Shown here: one piece after another, positions 24,791-38,349 of the stretch | Numbering within the stretch: the stretch's first letter is position 1 | How the letters are laid out: every line of letters starts with the position of its first letter | Position numbers and translations under genes: made by a program | Assembly: GCA_036172245.1 (NCBI GenBank) | Contig: JAYWIR010000025.1 | Location: 310,001 to 374,000, forward strand | Source: Raillietiella orientalis | Taxonomy: Eukaryota | Direction: 5' to 3' | Length of the DNA: 64,000 nt | Notes under the pieces: generated by a model | The model's input: the letters and a program-made list of their open reading frames with translations, nothing else | Databases searched by the model: none | What the model was told of the DNA's origin: nothing

Positions 24791-26999
24791 GTGAGTAGCC
24801 AAATTGCAATCGATGAACTGGGATTAGGGATTTAGAGATGATTTCAAGCGTTATTAGTAGCACGAAGAGATATTCCTTGTGTAAGCAAAATGGAACCGAA
24901 ACCTTTCCAAAAGGTCCCTGAACGATCTGAGTCCCAGCACTGAGGTGGTCTCAAAGAGTGCAGCAGTTGGCGTGAGAGCTGCGAAGCAGACAGAAAATGC
25001 TGTGGTGGCAGTTCCGAGTGTTTCGTTCCAGCGGGTAGCAAGAATACCAGGAGATAGCACCCTCATCCCGAAGACAGGACTTGAGCGCAGGAACGCGGAT
25101 GCGCCGAAGACAACTGGGAACGCTCCTTCCAGAGCAGAAATACTCGACATTCTTGTCCTTAGTAGATGACAGGAAGAGTCTACGGACCCACGGAAGTGTA
25201 GGTGGAAAGAAAGCAGAGAACCGGCTGAGGAACGAGTGCCGGGTTATCGACTGAGATTCTGATTTCTGCACTTCGACACCGGGTACCTGCTGCTGATCAA
25301 AGGAAAGTACTGAATGCGTTCGGTATTGGCTCCATGGAGACAGATGGGGTTTGGAAACGAGAGGTCAGCTGAGGTCCAACAGAGGTCAACGAGGACCAAC
25401 TGAGGAGTCGGAAGGGTTCGAAGCGTAGCTCTTGAGCGAAAAGGTTGAAGAGAAGTCATCAAACGGGGTACGGAAGGGTGGAAACCTGGAGCGCAAAAGG
25501 AAACTTTCAGCAGAGGTGGCCCGCTTTATCACTGCGTCAAGGAGAAGACAGATGGCATACCAACGCTCCAGAGGGAATGAGATGTTTCCGATAGACAAAC
25601 ATTGCATAGCCAGGGGGGAATTTTTGAAAGAGAAAAAAAAATCCTGTTGAGTTTGACCCACAGTTTTGCATTTTTGTTTTCTTTCTCTTCCTGCTGGGGG
25701 AGGGAAATCGCCGCGTCATCTCCTTTCGGCCTGTGTGATGGTTATGGAAGTCTTCAGCTGTCAGCAATGGAACAAAAGCGTCGACTCCACTTCGCACACG
25801 AGGGTCTGGAAATCGGCCCCGCGTTCTCAGAAGCACGGAGGGAGGGAATCAAAGAAGATAAGAGGCTCTGCGAGGGACGATGCCTTCCGTTTCCAAATTT
25901 GGGCTTTGCAGCTGAGTCATCTGATAAACCGAAGGAGTCATGGAGCGAGCAGGAAGAGGCTAAGAAAAGCTCGAGATCTCGGCTGCTGATAACGATCGCC
26001 GGAAAATTGCGAATGATTGACTTCAAATTGCAAAGATTTTCCACCCTGGCTGCCGGAAGACCCGTGCCCAACGCTTTGCTGCTCAGAGCCCACCTCTTGG
26101 CTTCTGCAGTCATCGCCATCCCTTTCGACTGCTCACTGCTGTGGCCGGCGAAAAGGGATGGCGATGGCTGCTGACTCGTGGAACGCGTGAAGCTCCCGGG
26201 GATGAAATGCCATCAGCCTGTGGCAAAAATTCATCGAGGAGGCCACATACGCTCCTGAGGCCGCTTTGACTGAATCGAGTCGTCAGTCGAACTTCCGACT
26301 AGGCATTCAGATGGCTTGAGGGGGGTTCTGCGCTTCTGGAAGAGTGAGGTCATTCCTTCTCGAGGGAAAAGGACTCGCGAGCAAGAAGGACGGATCATAA
26401 TCTTCACCTGCATCATAATGCGCATCTATGCAGGTGATGAGTCTGTTAAGAAAGATGTGAAGGATGCTTGGAAATGCTGGCACCTTCACACCAGAAACTG
26501 CGTCTCCCCGTCTCTCCCCATCGTGTCTTCTCCCGATGGAGTGATGCCGACGAGATAAGCGGATGAAAGGACGTTCTCTACGTAGGGTGGCACGAGATTC
26601 TGATAGGGGTGGGTCCAAGAGGCACAAGTACGACGGGCCACTCCCTGCCTTAGCAAGGGACCCTAAAGCATCGCAGCTCCTCATCAGTCCAAATTGCCTC
26701 CCAGACTAATTCTTTCGACTCATCGACCGGCACCAGCTCGGCATCGCCACGACCCGTTCGCTATTGCCGCATCGCGCATTCTCCATCGCAGCACAAGATG
26801 GCGGCCACTGCTGCGGAGCCCGCGGACGAGTTCAGGGCCGACGAGGTCAGCCTCCTCTCAAGCGGGTCGTGGGTATGACCACCAGGGTCGCCGCCTGCAT
26901 CACCGCATGTTTGGCTCCCCCACGTCCCAGGGCAAGCGCAAAGGGGTGGCTGCGGAGCGCGCCGTTCCCTCGGAAACCTTCCCTGAGGAGGCTCCGTGA

Positions 27000-28400
27000 C
27001 TTCTCCCGTTCCCTAGGACACCCCGGTGGATTGCCAGAGTAGAGGGCGCATCTCGGTAGAGCGGAGGAAGGAAGGAAAGAGGCGGTGACCTGGACCGGAA
27101 AGCTTTGCTGGGGACTTCCGGGACGATCCGGGTGTCCTCGAGGATCCTCAGATGGGTCTCCGGGAGTCGTTTCCAGGGGCGCGATGACCAGGCAAGGCGA
27201 ACTCCACGATCGCGCAGGTCACCACCCCAGCCTCACATTGCTGGGAAATCCACCAGCTACGCGTCCCCAGCGATGCGTGGGAGTGGATGCGCACGGTGCC
27301 GGTGATGAACTGGAGGTTTAGCGACCCCGGAGGCGGACTCGTGCCCTGCGGCATCTCGCCGAGTGGAGCCAGAATCGCATCGGGACCGGCGAGCGTGGAT
27401 GGCCTTCCTACGCGTCCACGGTTTCCTGCCCCAGGTGTCTCCGTCTAGAGGACGGTTGCGGGATGTTCGTTGATGCTTCTCCCGCAGCATCACAAGTGGA
27501 CCACGCGGATGACATGCGCACCCTTACTTATACGAGAGGGCGGAAACGATCCCGGAGGAAGAATTCCTGCGTGGAAGAAGGAGCGGCCGGACCGTCCTCC
27601 CGGCGAAGGAAAGATGGGATGTCTACCGCGCTGCCTGGTCTCGAAAGCACAGGAGTGGGAGCTGCCGCAACTAGGAGACTCAGTGAGAGAAAAATTGAGG
27701 AAGAGAACGCAGGTGTCGAAGGTCTTCACGTGGACACTCCATTCCCTGCGGGCCGCTTGCCGCGGGACGAAGATGAGGAACTCGGCTCTTCTTGACTGGG
27801 AACAAGACCTTGAGATGAGAGCTGTGCTGGACCGCAGTTCGGAAACCTCGAGCCGACCTCGGGAACTGGATGCCGAGCAGCCCGAGAAGGCCACGGGAGG
27901 CGTGACGTTGACCGGCTTCATCTCTGCGAGCTTTGGTGCAGCACTGAGTCCAGGGAAGATGATCCGGGTGCCCATGCATCGGGACGCTGAACTCAAGGCG
28001 ACCCTGCTGCGACCTCCGAAACGGGGAAATTTGAAAGCTCTGGAAAATCACCGAGGCGAAGTGCTTCCATGCTGTGAAGGACCTCGGATCATGCGAGCGA
28101 TAGGCAAAGTGCGCTCGAGAAGCATGGGGGCGTCTTCAGCATGCCTTTGGGGCAGCGAAGACAGGTGACAGACTGGTTCGCAGAGTACAGAGAAGCCGGT
28201 AAGGGAACTGCTGTTAGGGAAGAGCTCTGGTTTGAAGACAGGTGGCATTTCTGCTTTTCCTCCTTCCTTCTTGCTGTTTTCCGGACAGCGCAAAACGGCG
28301 GAGCAGAAGGGGAATCATCGAGTCCTCAATCTCTCTTGGGCATTGCAAAAGTCTACGAAAGCCTTCCGCGGAAAAAAGGGACAAACAGCGAGTTCGACCT
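27000..28400 (+). mobile_element. Degenerate LINE RT remnant
   Basis: DQA..HDRAGH near 27185-27225 (cf. DQEKAYDRVDH), VMNWRFSDP, HADD near 27501-27513 and VEGLHVDTPF, in RT order. Confidence 0.45.
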
Positions 28401-28484
28401 CTAATGGTAAAGGTCATTCCGCGGGAGAGCGAGAAGGCTGGAGACAAAGCTGTTGAAGTGAGTCCCTGGAATCTCAGTATCATG

Positions 28485-28835
28485 AACAGCAACAGCAACA
28501 GCACCATCATCATTATTAATTTTTTTTCTTTCCTCCTCCTCCTTCTCCTCATCATCATCGACGTCTTCGTCGTCGTCGTCATCCCTTGCTCTTCCTCCTT
28601 TTCCTTTTTTCCTTCTCTTCCTCCCCTCTTTTTTCTCCTTCTTCCTGTCCTCTTTCTCCTCCTCCTCCTGTTCATCATCATTATTGACGTCATCATCATC
28701 ATCCCTTTCTCCTCTTCCCTTCCTCCTCCTCCTCCTCCCCTCTTCCTCCTTTCTTCCTTCTCTTCCTCCTCTTCATCACCACCATCATCATCCCTTCCTC
28801 TTTCTCCCCCTCCTCGCTTTCTCCTCTGCTGCTTC
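28485..28835. repeat. Pyrimidine-rich low-complexity tract (CCT/CTT/CAT/CGT units)
   Basis: Strand-asymmetric tract with internally repeated catcatcattatt and gacgtc...catcatccc blocks. Confidence 0.9.
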
Positions 28836-31800
28836 AACACCCCGTATCAATAGTAGCAGCGGCACCACAGCCACCATCGTCCCTGTGGCTCGCTCTGGCT
28901 CAGCCAATCCCAGCGGTACCTCCGGGAGGCATCTTTAGGAGCTCGCGCGCGCCTCTCTGAGGCTGCACGAGAGGCGCCACTTTTCAGGGGTCCCAAATTA
29001 GGCCTTTTTCCCTCGAGTTCCCGCTCTCCCCTCCGCCTCTTCGTCACTTTTTCCCTACCTCGGTCCCGTCTCCCTGGCATCGAGGCCCGTCGAGTCCAGT
29101 ATCGAGTCCAGGTAGAACGGGACGACCTTGGGCACGTCTGGAGCGAATCCGAGAGACAGTGCACGCTCATCTTGGAAGTGGAAAGGCGAAACCCTCTCCT
29201 TCTCTTATATTCATGTTCCCCTTTGTCGAGCATCTGGAGCGCTCCTTCACAGGCGAGGATTCATCCGGAAGGCGAGAAGGCGAGTAGGGAAGGGGAAAGG
29301 GCAGGGGTACGTGAGTGAGGCGCACCCGCTCTCCCCGATAAGGTTGGGGCTCCAGACGGCGAATGGAGAGCATGGGACGGGAATGGGCGGTGGGTGGAGA
29401 AGGACCGCTAGTGGTCCTCCGTTCCTCTCTGAGCTTTTCGCGATCATCCCCTTCTATCGTTCTGCTACCCACTCTCCTCCCCCCTTACCTTTCTTTTCCC
29501 CATCCCTCTTCTGTTACGGGACGGGGAAAAAAGAATGGTAGGGGAAGGGGAAGGCAGGGGATCAAGAAGTCCGAAACAAGGAGGAGTTTCCGGTTACCAA
29601 CGCCGTTTCCAGGACGACCGAGCGAGCCTGGAGGAGCTCTGAGGAGCCCGAGGTTCCCCTATGTCCTGTCTCCTTGGTGCCCTTTTATCCTCCCGGGAGG
29701 GTGCTCCTGATTTTTTTGTGCTGGTCGGTTCCTCAGAGGACTCATCCTCATACCCCAGTGTCTGTTCCCGTAGGGGCGGGGTCCCTGCTGCCGGATGCGA
29801 GAAGAAGGGGCGAGGTAGAGGACGTCAGACTCTGAACGAAACCGCCAGGGGAGTCCCCATGACCGCTCCCCTATCCATGCCTCCGTTGGCGCTTTCAGGC
29901 TGGGGGCGTCTCTGAACTAAGGGTGCAGAAAAGGAGTCTTTGGCTTCCCTTTTCGCATGGAGCGAGGGGAGGTCCCCTTTCGCAGCCACCTCTCCACGGA
30001 GATCCGAAGGCGCCGTCTCCTCTCCGGGCCTCTGCAGCATAAAGCCAGGACAGTTGCCAGGAAACCGCGGAGACGGCGGTGGACCTGCCGCCGCCGCCAG
30101 CGAGCACATCCGAACCGACGCCCAGGATGGCACTCACATGCGTCTTGTCGCCACCACCACCCCGAGGTCGATCAGCACCCCCTTCGGAGGGTCGCTCCTA
30201 CGGGACTCCAGCTCTTCCAGAAAGAGGCTTCCCGGAGGAGCCGACCCCCTCCGTTGCTGCCGAGTCTTATGGGGACTCTGGTCCCAAGCATGGAAGCTGC
30301 AGAAAGGGAGGAAATCTCTCCCACGATGCTGAGGAGGAGGGGAGGAAAGGGAGGAAGGAAAGCGAACGCGCCTTCTCTGGCCACTTTGGACCTCCAGCCA
30401 TGGGTCTTCCCTCGCATCCTTGAGGCCTGTTTGGGGGATCCCCTGGTCCAGAAAAGGAATGAAGGGACACCGAGAGTCCTCCTCGAGTGTGCGACTTCCT
30501 TCCACATCTGTAACGATGAAGCCGGGGAGTGGATCTTCGTCCCTTTCTGCCTACAATTTTTTTTGCATCTTTTTTTTGTCCTAAAAAAAAAAAAGGACTC
30601 CTCAGCTGGGACGCCTCTCTCGCGCGCTACGAGACTGATGTGGACCTCCTTCCGCTCTCTGATGTCATCGTTCTCGAGAGGCGAGTCCGCTCTTCATTGC
30701 GCAAGCTGGCGGCGATCCCCCGGGGTGCGTGGCTGCGAAGCCGCATGGCCACCCTTCTTCCAACGAGACTTCGGCTCGCCCGTATATGAGCGCTCGAGGG
30801 TACACGGCGACGCGCGCATCCCAAGAGACGAGATCCCTCCTCCCCCTCCTTCTCCCTTCCTGGGAGAAACGCAGGTTCCGCAGCCACCCGCGCGTCGTCC
30901 AGGGGTTTGTGTAGTGCGCGCGTGTCCGAAAGGTGGTGGAGGGAGAACCCCTGCTGTTCCCGCGCACGTCGCACGTGATCCCTGCGTTCCGGAGGTGAAA
31001 GGAGAGAGGAGAGAGGGAGAGCCGCGGCGTTGGGTCACAAGCCGTCAGCACTGGGAGCCTTCACTAGGTTGCCGCGGAAACCGAGATCGTTCATCTTCCC
31101 TCATGACGGACGGATCGATAGCTCCCGAGCGTAGAGTTCACAGCAGCTATCCCAGAGACCCCGTGACTCACGCGGAGGTCATCCGAACGAAAGGTGAACG
31201 AGCAAGCGAACGTGTCTCCGGGATGCGGAAGCTGAGTTAGAAGCGGCACTCTTGGAATCCGCCCTGCTCTCTCTCCTCACGTCTTTCCCCTTCTCCCGTT
31301 GAGGATCGGCTGGTCCTTCCCCTTGGGATCGGCGCGCGCGCCACGGGGTCGTGTACGACCTGCTCCCGGCAAGATCTGAGGCGGGAAATCCGGCCAATTG
31401 CTGCAGCCCCTGAGGTGGGGGAGAGACCTTGCTGCTGGGCCACTCGCTCTCCTGGAGACGACCACTAGGAGGGAGTGAGCGCGCGCACGTGAGCCGGGAA
31501 TCCCAGAATACGCTCCCGTCGCCTCCTGGACACGAGTGTGGTCACAGCCTCCGGGCTAGGCTGCCTCCGACCCCCTCCAGGGTCAATTCGGCGCCCGTAG
31601 TGAGGATCAGTAGCGACCGGGGGGGGGAGCGGAAGCACTACCTGAGGCGCGCGTCATGAAAGGCCTCCAACGAAAGGAACGGAACGGGGCAGTTTAACCC
31701 TCCATGCATCCGGGAATCTGCCTGACCCCTACGAAAGAACCCTTGTGTTCTCCCCAGCCGGAATGAGTCATGTTGATCGTCATGCCGAGGTCTTAGTGGC

Positions 31801-32429
31801 ATGCATCCACGACGATCGCGACGTCGGCGCTCTTCTGGAGCAGGAGGCAAATCCCCTTGCCTTGGAGCAAACTTTTCTGTCACCGCAAATGGATGAGAAA
31901 GTGCCTCCACCTTCCCTTGCGGTTTCCACGACAATCTGCCTCGCTCTTCCGCCACTCCACTCCGAGAGCTGCACTCGCATTCCAGCCACATCCCTGTTGG
32001 GGTTAAAGGAGGTACAAAGAAACTGGAAGAGGAAACCCCCTACCATCCCCCGAGGCTCCCCCTCTTAAGCCCGCTTTTCATTACGGGCGTAGACCCCCTC
32101 GGCGTTGTCTCCGCCATCCATCCCGGATGGTCAGTGCATTCCACCGCTTCTTGGGTTCGCTCCTTCCGCCTCTCCTCAATCTTCCCGTCCCTCGACGTCG
32201 CCTCATTCCCGATCCAGGATCACTTTCTTTTGTCAGAAGTAGAGTAAGAGCTGCAGAGGAAGATCTGAGGAACAAGCAGACAGCGCGTGGTCTTCTAGTC
32301 CCTTTCTTTAAGAGTACCCGCGGAAAAATTTGTCGAGAGTGTTGGTACAGCAGACAGAGAAAAGAGCACTGCTTGATGTACGTCTTGACTGGTTTCACTT
32401 TCACCTTTACGATGGAATGCAAGTCCTTT

Positions 32430-33103
32430 CTCTTGTGTGTGTCCACGCCACCAGAGAAGTGCGTGGGAATCTTTATGTTAGGGGGGCAACCCCGGAAGGA
32501 CCACCCTATGCACCCATGCAGACTTCGGAGGAAGGAATTCGTTCCTATTCCGCCTGCTTGGTAGGGAACTCCGGAGGTCACTTCGCCCTGGTTGTCTTCC
32601 GAGGAACCCTTTTCGGAGGGATCTTCCCTCCCTGTGGGGAGAAGACACACCTCGTTTCTTCTTCAGTGGGAACCCTCGAGAGAGCCTCCCACTGTTTCCT
32701 CCTCTCTGCAGAGAGCACCCTGAAGGGATTTCTCCATTTTCTCTGAAGGACACTCCCCGAAAGGAGCAGAGCGCTTCTGCTCCTTTCGGGGGTGTCAACC
32801 CAGCTTCACGGCAACGGCTTCCTTTTCTAAACCAGAGGGGAACCTCGAAGGAAACACAACGCTCCTTGATGTCCTGGAAGGACCCTAGAAGGTCAACTTC
32901 CAGTCCAGGCCAGTCAGTAGAGGGCATCCGGTTTCCGGGTTCCACCAGTGCCGCGTCCGAAGGAGCCAACCACCGTCATCTTGCGGGAGAACTCTAAACC
33001 TGCGACGCACCGTTTCTCCGACGCCGATCCTTCCCCGATTGGGACTCGAACCCACTGCGCCAGGTGCCACGCGCGGAGACCGCGGCCACATGGCCGCCAG
33101 CGC
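32430..33103 (-). mobile_element. tRNA-headed SINE-like element, copy A
   Basis: Minus-strand B box ggttcgagtcc (33042-33052) with an A-box-like motif upstream; body and left end homologous to four other copies. Confidence 0.75.
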
Positions 33104-34359
33104 GGACCAGAGAACCACCTGACTGCTGAAAGGCGGGGCTACCACGAACCGCGACCGTCGCGTGTGGGGCTGAAGAAACACTTCCCTTGCCATGCTTAAC
33201 ACGATCGATCGCTCTTCCTCCGAAGAAATGAGCCCTCCCAAGCGACGAACTAAATCCCGTGCGAAAGATTGATACAAGGTCAGGGCGTAGCTCGGGCTTT
33301 GAAGGGTCATGACCCACAAAACGGGTGAAGGATGATTCCACTGATCTCTGGAGGATTTGTGGGACAGGGAACAACTGAGGGACGCACGGCCCCTCCTTTC
33401 ACCTGCTCTCGAGGTGCCGAACGATCGTGACAGACCATCTCCAGGTGCACCTGAGCTGACGCTTCTTGGAGGAGGCTCGTCACTGCCATCGGAAGCAATC
33501 CATACTGCAGCTGGTGAACGATCACGGATGACGATTTCTGCCCCTCGTGATGCGCGCGCGACGCGACGATACCATCAGGATGTGTGCGCAGTCAACCAAA
33601 CTTGCGGAGTGATGCATTAGGGCGCAACTGGAGCGCGAGCGACGCATCAGGAGCGGCAACGGAGATCGGAAAGCGTGAAGATGGTCCACTCCATCCAGCA
33701 GCGGATTTCAGTTCTTCATCTTTTTCGGAGTCTTTCGCCTTTCCCTTTTGGTGGTGAAATCTCCTTACGATCGGAAAGCGGCGCGCCGTGGCTCCTGACA
33801 ACCGGCCAGGGCGAAAATGAAAGTGACGAATCGCCACCTCCCCTTTTTCTTGCTTCTGCGCGTGCTCACCTGCCGTGAGATGGGAGGGGGCGCAAGACCA
33901 TCTCATTCCAAAACCGAGAAAAAGCATGAAAAGTGATCTTTTCTCTCTTTTTCTTTTCTTCTTTCATATATGTGAGAATTTCAGCTTCCGTCCACGCATC
34001 GCGACACTTCAGAAAACGGCAGTTCAAGAGTTGAGATGATGGGAACATACGGATGAGGGTCCGTCTCCTTGGAACTCCTGTACGACTGAGAAATGATTTC
34101 CCATTACACCCTGGCTCATGACCTATGAAACCCCGATTATTACCCTCTCGGGAGAACCGCTTCCTCTTTGAAAGTTCATCTCCCCCATCAGCAAAAGTCA
34201 TACATTCGTAATGACCCATGATCCCGGACCGCCACTCGAGGGAAGACTGCTTGGCATTCCAAAGTTTTTCCATCAGGAGACCATGACATAAGGTTGGCAA
34301 AAAGGCGGGACTCCGTGGCATAGCAGCGGTTCCCACGCAGCGCGGGACCAGAAGACCGA

Positions 34360-37300
34360 GCGTGTTGCAAGAGATGCTGCAGTGGAACGCGGTCCGGGGA
34401 AATCCCGGCTGGCTCTGCCTCAACCGGCCGAAATCGAAATGCATGAAGCAGTTCTTTGCAACGGGGAAGGAGTCCTCCTTTCTCCTCTCGGAAGTGCGGA
34501 GGACAGAATGGATCTCCCCACACTTCCTTCTCGGTGAACTGGCGAGAGGGAACGCTTGCAGAGAGCTACCGACTGCCTGGAAATGTGGGCACGAGCCTGT
34601 TTTCCTCCGGAATCAAAAGTCAATTGCAGACAACGACTAATGGAGATGAGGAGGCGACATGATGGGAGCCGAAGTATCTGCAATGATGTCTTCGATGGGA
34701 TTTCGTCAGAGCAGGCAAGTAGTGGAAGTTCTTGAAGAGGAGGGTGGGCTCACGCCACCTGGAGGACAGTAGCAAACTTCTGCACGCCCTGGAAACTTGG
34801 TAGAATCTGCTTAGGCGCCTCCAATTTGTCAGCCATTAAGTGGAATCGGCATTTTATGTTTATCCACAGCATCTCTGAGTAGCCGCGCTTCCCAGCGTCA
34901 GATTTGATGATGCAGGCGTCTAATTATAGGGGACAATGATTGTTATGGACGTCTGCCGACCGAGTAGGTCGCGATTCCGTCAGAAATACACTTGCGTTCC
35001 CGTAATTTCCCTTCTCTCGTAGTCAGAAACTGACTGTAAATGTAGACGCGTCTCCGGAGCCACCCACTGAAGGTGGAAAGGAGCTGTCCTCAGCTGCAAG
35101 AGGAACGCATCTCACAGAGCGGGTGCCAAAGGAAGACTCCACATGAAGTTAACTTCCTTTTCGCTGCACTCGACGCTCTCTTCTCTGCCGTCAGGTAACC
35201 CGGGACACGACAATGTGTACCACCTTTCCTCCAGCTGGACCCAGAGCATTTCTCCAGAATGTGAGCCGGGGAGTCGCTGATGTTTTCAAGCAAAGACAGT
35301 CGTTTTGGAAAAGTCCTGCTGTTCCGTGAAACCCTGGAGGGAAGGCCTTTCCGCCATCTCGGAATCTTCCCTCCCGCCTGACCACAATTGGACCGTGTAA
35401 CCCACAGCTTCATTCGTATTCACTCTACCAGATGCTCGCCTGAGACTTCTAATTAAACAGAGATGCCATTCCAGTAGCGAGGAAGGCTTTCCTCTCCTTT
35501 TAATCCTATTTAATAAATTCCTTGCGATTTCTTCCTGTCTTGCGGTAGGCTACAAAGGGAAAAGTTCGCCTGGTTTCTGGAGCACCAATCCATCTCCCCC
35601 GAGACAGCACAATGAGGAAAATTATCGGGGATGTTTAGAGCGAAATGGAGGATGGCATCAGATAGCTTGTTGTTATTAGGAAAATACTTGCTGGTTGAAA
35701 TATGATGGCATCTTATGGAATCTTTGAAACGTGTTGTGAATGAACGAGCAGCCAGAAGCTGCTAGATCTCGTTTTCTTAATCTTGCACATGCGAGATCCT
35801 CCTATCCAAATATGATCAAGGAATCCAAAAATGCCAGTACAATTCTTATTTTCTTTTTTTTTTTTTTTGAGGAAGGGTGAGGAAGATGGTGGGAATAGGA
35901 TGGGATTTCCAGAGGAAGAAGGAAATTTGGATTTCGAAGAGGGGGGAAGGATTCCCTCCGCAGCCCACGGCATGGAAAACGTTTTCCATCCAGCTACCGG
36001 TTCAGAAATTAGTGATATCTATGGGTCCATTCATGATGCAGCGCAGTTCCCAAAGTAAGAATGCGCAGGACGTATCCACGGCAAAAAAAAGGAACGCAAA
36101 CAATGGAGGATTTGCTTTTCCGGAAGGGAAAAGCATGCAGTAGATAAATCAGCTGACAGATAAATCTTTTATCTGTGTGACGGCTTCTCGTTGCACTCCA
36201 AGCCAGTAGCGAGACGTTCCAAGTTCTCGCGTATCTCTGAGATGTGGTGCATCTGCATCCTCTAAACAGCTCAAGGGGTTTGCTTTCATGCAGAAAGGGG
36301 AGAGGAAAATCTGGGGAAACTTTCCTGCTCTCTTGGCTTCTGGAGAGCTAAGTCCTTGACAGGAAGATGCAGTGGTCGTGCGTCTGGACACAGATGGTTA
36401 ACGCGAAACCGCGATTGGACTCCACGCCATGTTTGGATTTTATTGCTGCTTGTGAGTCGATGAAGTGGTCAGAACCTGCTTGGGAATGGCGACCTGCCGC
36501 ATGATCACGTGGTTTCCGTCTATCGACGGACTGACCCAGCTAACCAGGAGCCTTTTCCCACGGGTGTTGAAAGGGGAGAGTATTCGAGAGAACACTTTAC
36601 TTGAAGCCTCTTTGGCCTCTAACGAAGGAACATGAACATGACGTGCCACCATTTCTTCTCCCACGCCGTTCCTCCAAACCTGTGTTCAGATTGCAGTATC
36701 AAGTCTCTGAAGCTGTTGCTCTTTGACATCTTTGAACCGCGACACCTTCTTCAAATTGCTCAGTAACAGTGATATACGCCGAGGAGCTTCGAAGGAACGC
36801 TTTCTAGCAATGACAGGAAGCTTCCTCCATTTCCACTATAAGAAACCCCATCGTCTTTGCTGAGGAGTTTTTACTCGATTTTCACTGCTTACGGTGACGT
36901 TTTTGCCACGAGGCTTCTACTCTCTCAAACTGCTGCCTTCCCCACTTGAGAATGAAGTAGAAGCCTTCAGCATTGGCACGGGTGCCCACTCCACGCTTCG
37001 TACGCTCACCGTGCACTGCATTGGGCGGCATCTGACTTTGCGGCGTTTCCTGCTTTGCAGGGAGCTCTTTCTGTTCGCGGGCCGTAGACTTACCCACGTG
37101 GTGTGGCTCGGCCTTCTGCCTGCATGGGTATCGCGCACCGAGGATGGCGCCGATCACCCTGTGCGGAATGTGCGGAAGATATGAAGAATCGTCAGGGTCA
37201 TACCCTTAATACGTGCATCAGCAACCAGACCACGGTTACGGAGGCGAAGGTGGTGGACGCTGTGGATCCGAACCAAGAGGGATACTCCGAAACAGTGTAA

Positions 37301-37780
37301 GCTTTTCAACAACACCTAACATGACGTCATTCATCAACATTTCCACTAACATCTAAAATGCAATAGCTCACCCTGCTTGGCGACTTGCTTGTTCAGGCTA
37401 TTGCGGGAACAGATTTGAAACTGAAGCCAGACTGGTGCGCCAGGGCGAAGGGAAGGCAATCATACCGAGAGTCTCTTGCCCTTACAGTATTGATTATGGA
37501 GTCTGAAGGATGAAAGACAGAATGAGAGTCAGTATCGAGTTCTGTGTCTCTCTCTACCCCCCAAAGGGTACCTGCTGCTGGGAGAGCAGGGGCTGTGGAA
37601 TGCTTGGGATCCAAGAAAGAATGGAGTTCGAAAATCCCCAAGGAGCAGGAAAAGCATATCGGAAGTCGATAATGTGCTTGAACGTACTGGATTTGGGGGA
37701 TGTGAGCTGTAAACATCGCGCAAGATGCTGCCCGTGAATTCACCTTCGAAATCACAGGATGGAGGAGTGCAGCAGAGGCA
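34360..37780 (+). pseudogene. Possible SH3 and protein-kinase remnants
   Basis: VVEVLEEEGG..RPGNLV and RTEWISPHF (SH3-like); MGIAHR..RNV, AKVVD and PDWCA (kinase VI-VIII-like). Very degenerate; may be more than one gene. Confidence 0.25.
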
Positions 37781-38349
37781 GGAGAAGATGAGAGAAGCTT
37801 CCCCCTTTCTTCCAAGATGATTTCATGTGCAAAAATTTGGAGACAGAATACTGAGCTCGCCAGCTGCTTGGAAGAGAAACAGAAACAAAATCACTCCCTC
37901 TTCTCGTTGTTATCCCCCTCTCAGCGGATGCTCCTGTCTGGCGAGCCAAGGAACCTCCAAACTTCATTTTCTGCTTCCGGCAATGAAATCGGATTACACG
38001 CACTGTTACAGTGACTCCGCTGACTGCTACATCCAGGGTATTTGCTTCTCACACGGAAAGTAAGCCGATTACCTGACGTCAGTGAATCCTGCGTTTTCTT
38101 TCAAGAACTTATTTCTTCTTGGATCGATCCCTCAGCTTGTCGAGAGGAAAGGAGGCAGCACGTAACTGCATCAGCAAGTAACCGCGACATTATACGGATG
38201 TGTTGTGGTTCCTGGGCTCAGCTCAGGTTAGGTGGATGATGAGGCTTTCTTTTTTTATTTCCTTAGGCGCCTTCTAGAGCTCACGCAACCTGGAGTCCGT
38301 TCTTCGAACCAAACAAGAAGTCGGTTGTTTACTGCTTTCAAGTTATGAG

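Noticed and set aside
24818..24840. gggattagggatttag as a telomeric repeat
   Set aside because: At most two imperfect units; no array.
28214..28853. ORFs of about 200 aa on both strands
   Set aside because: Products of a low-complexity tract.
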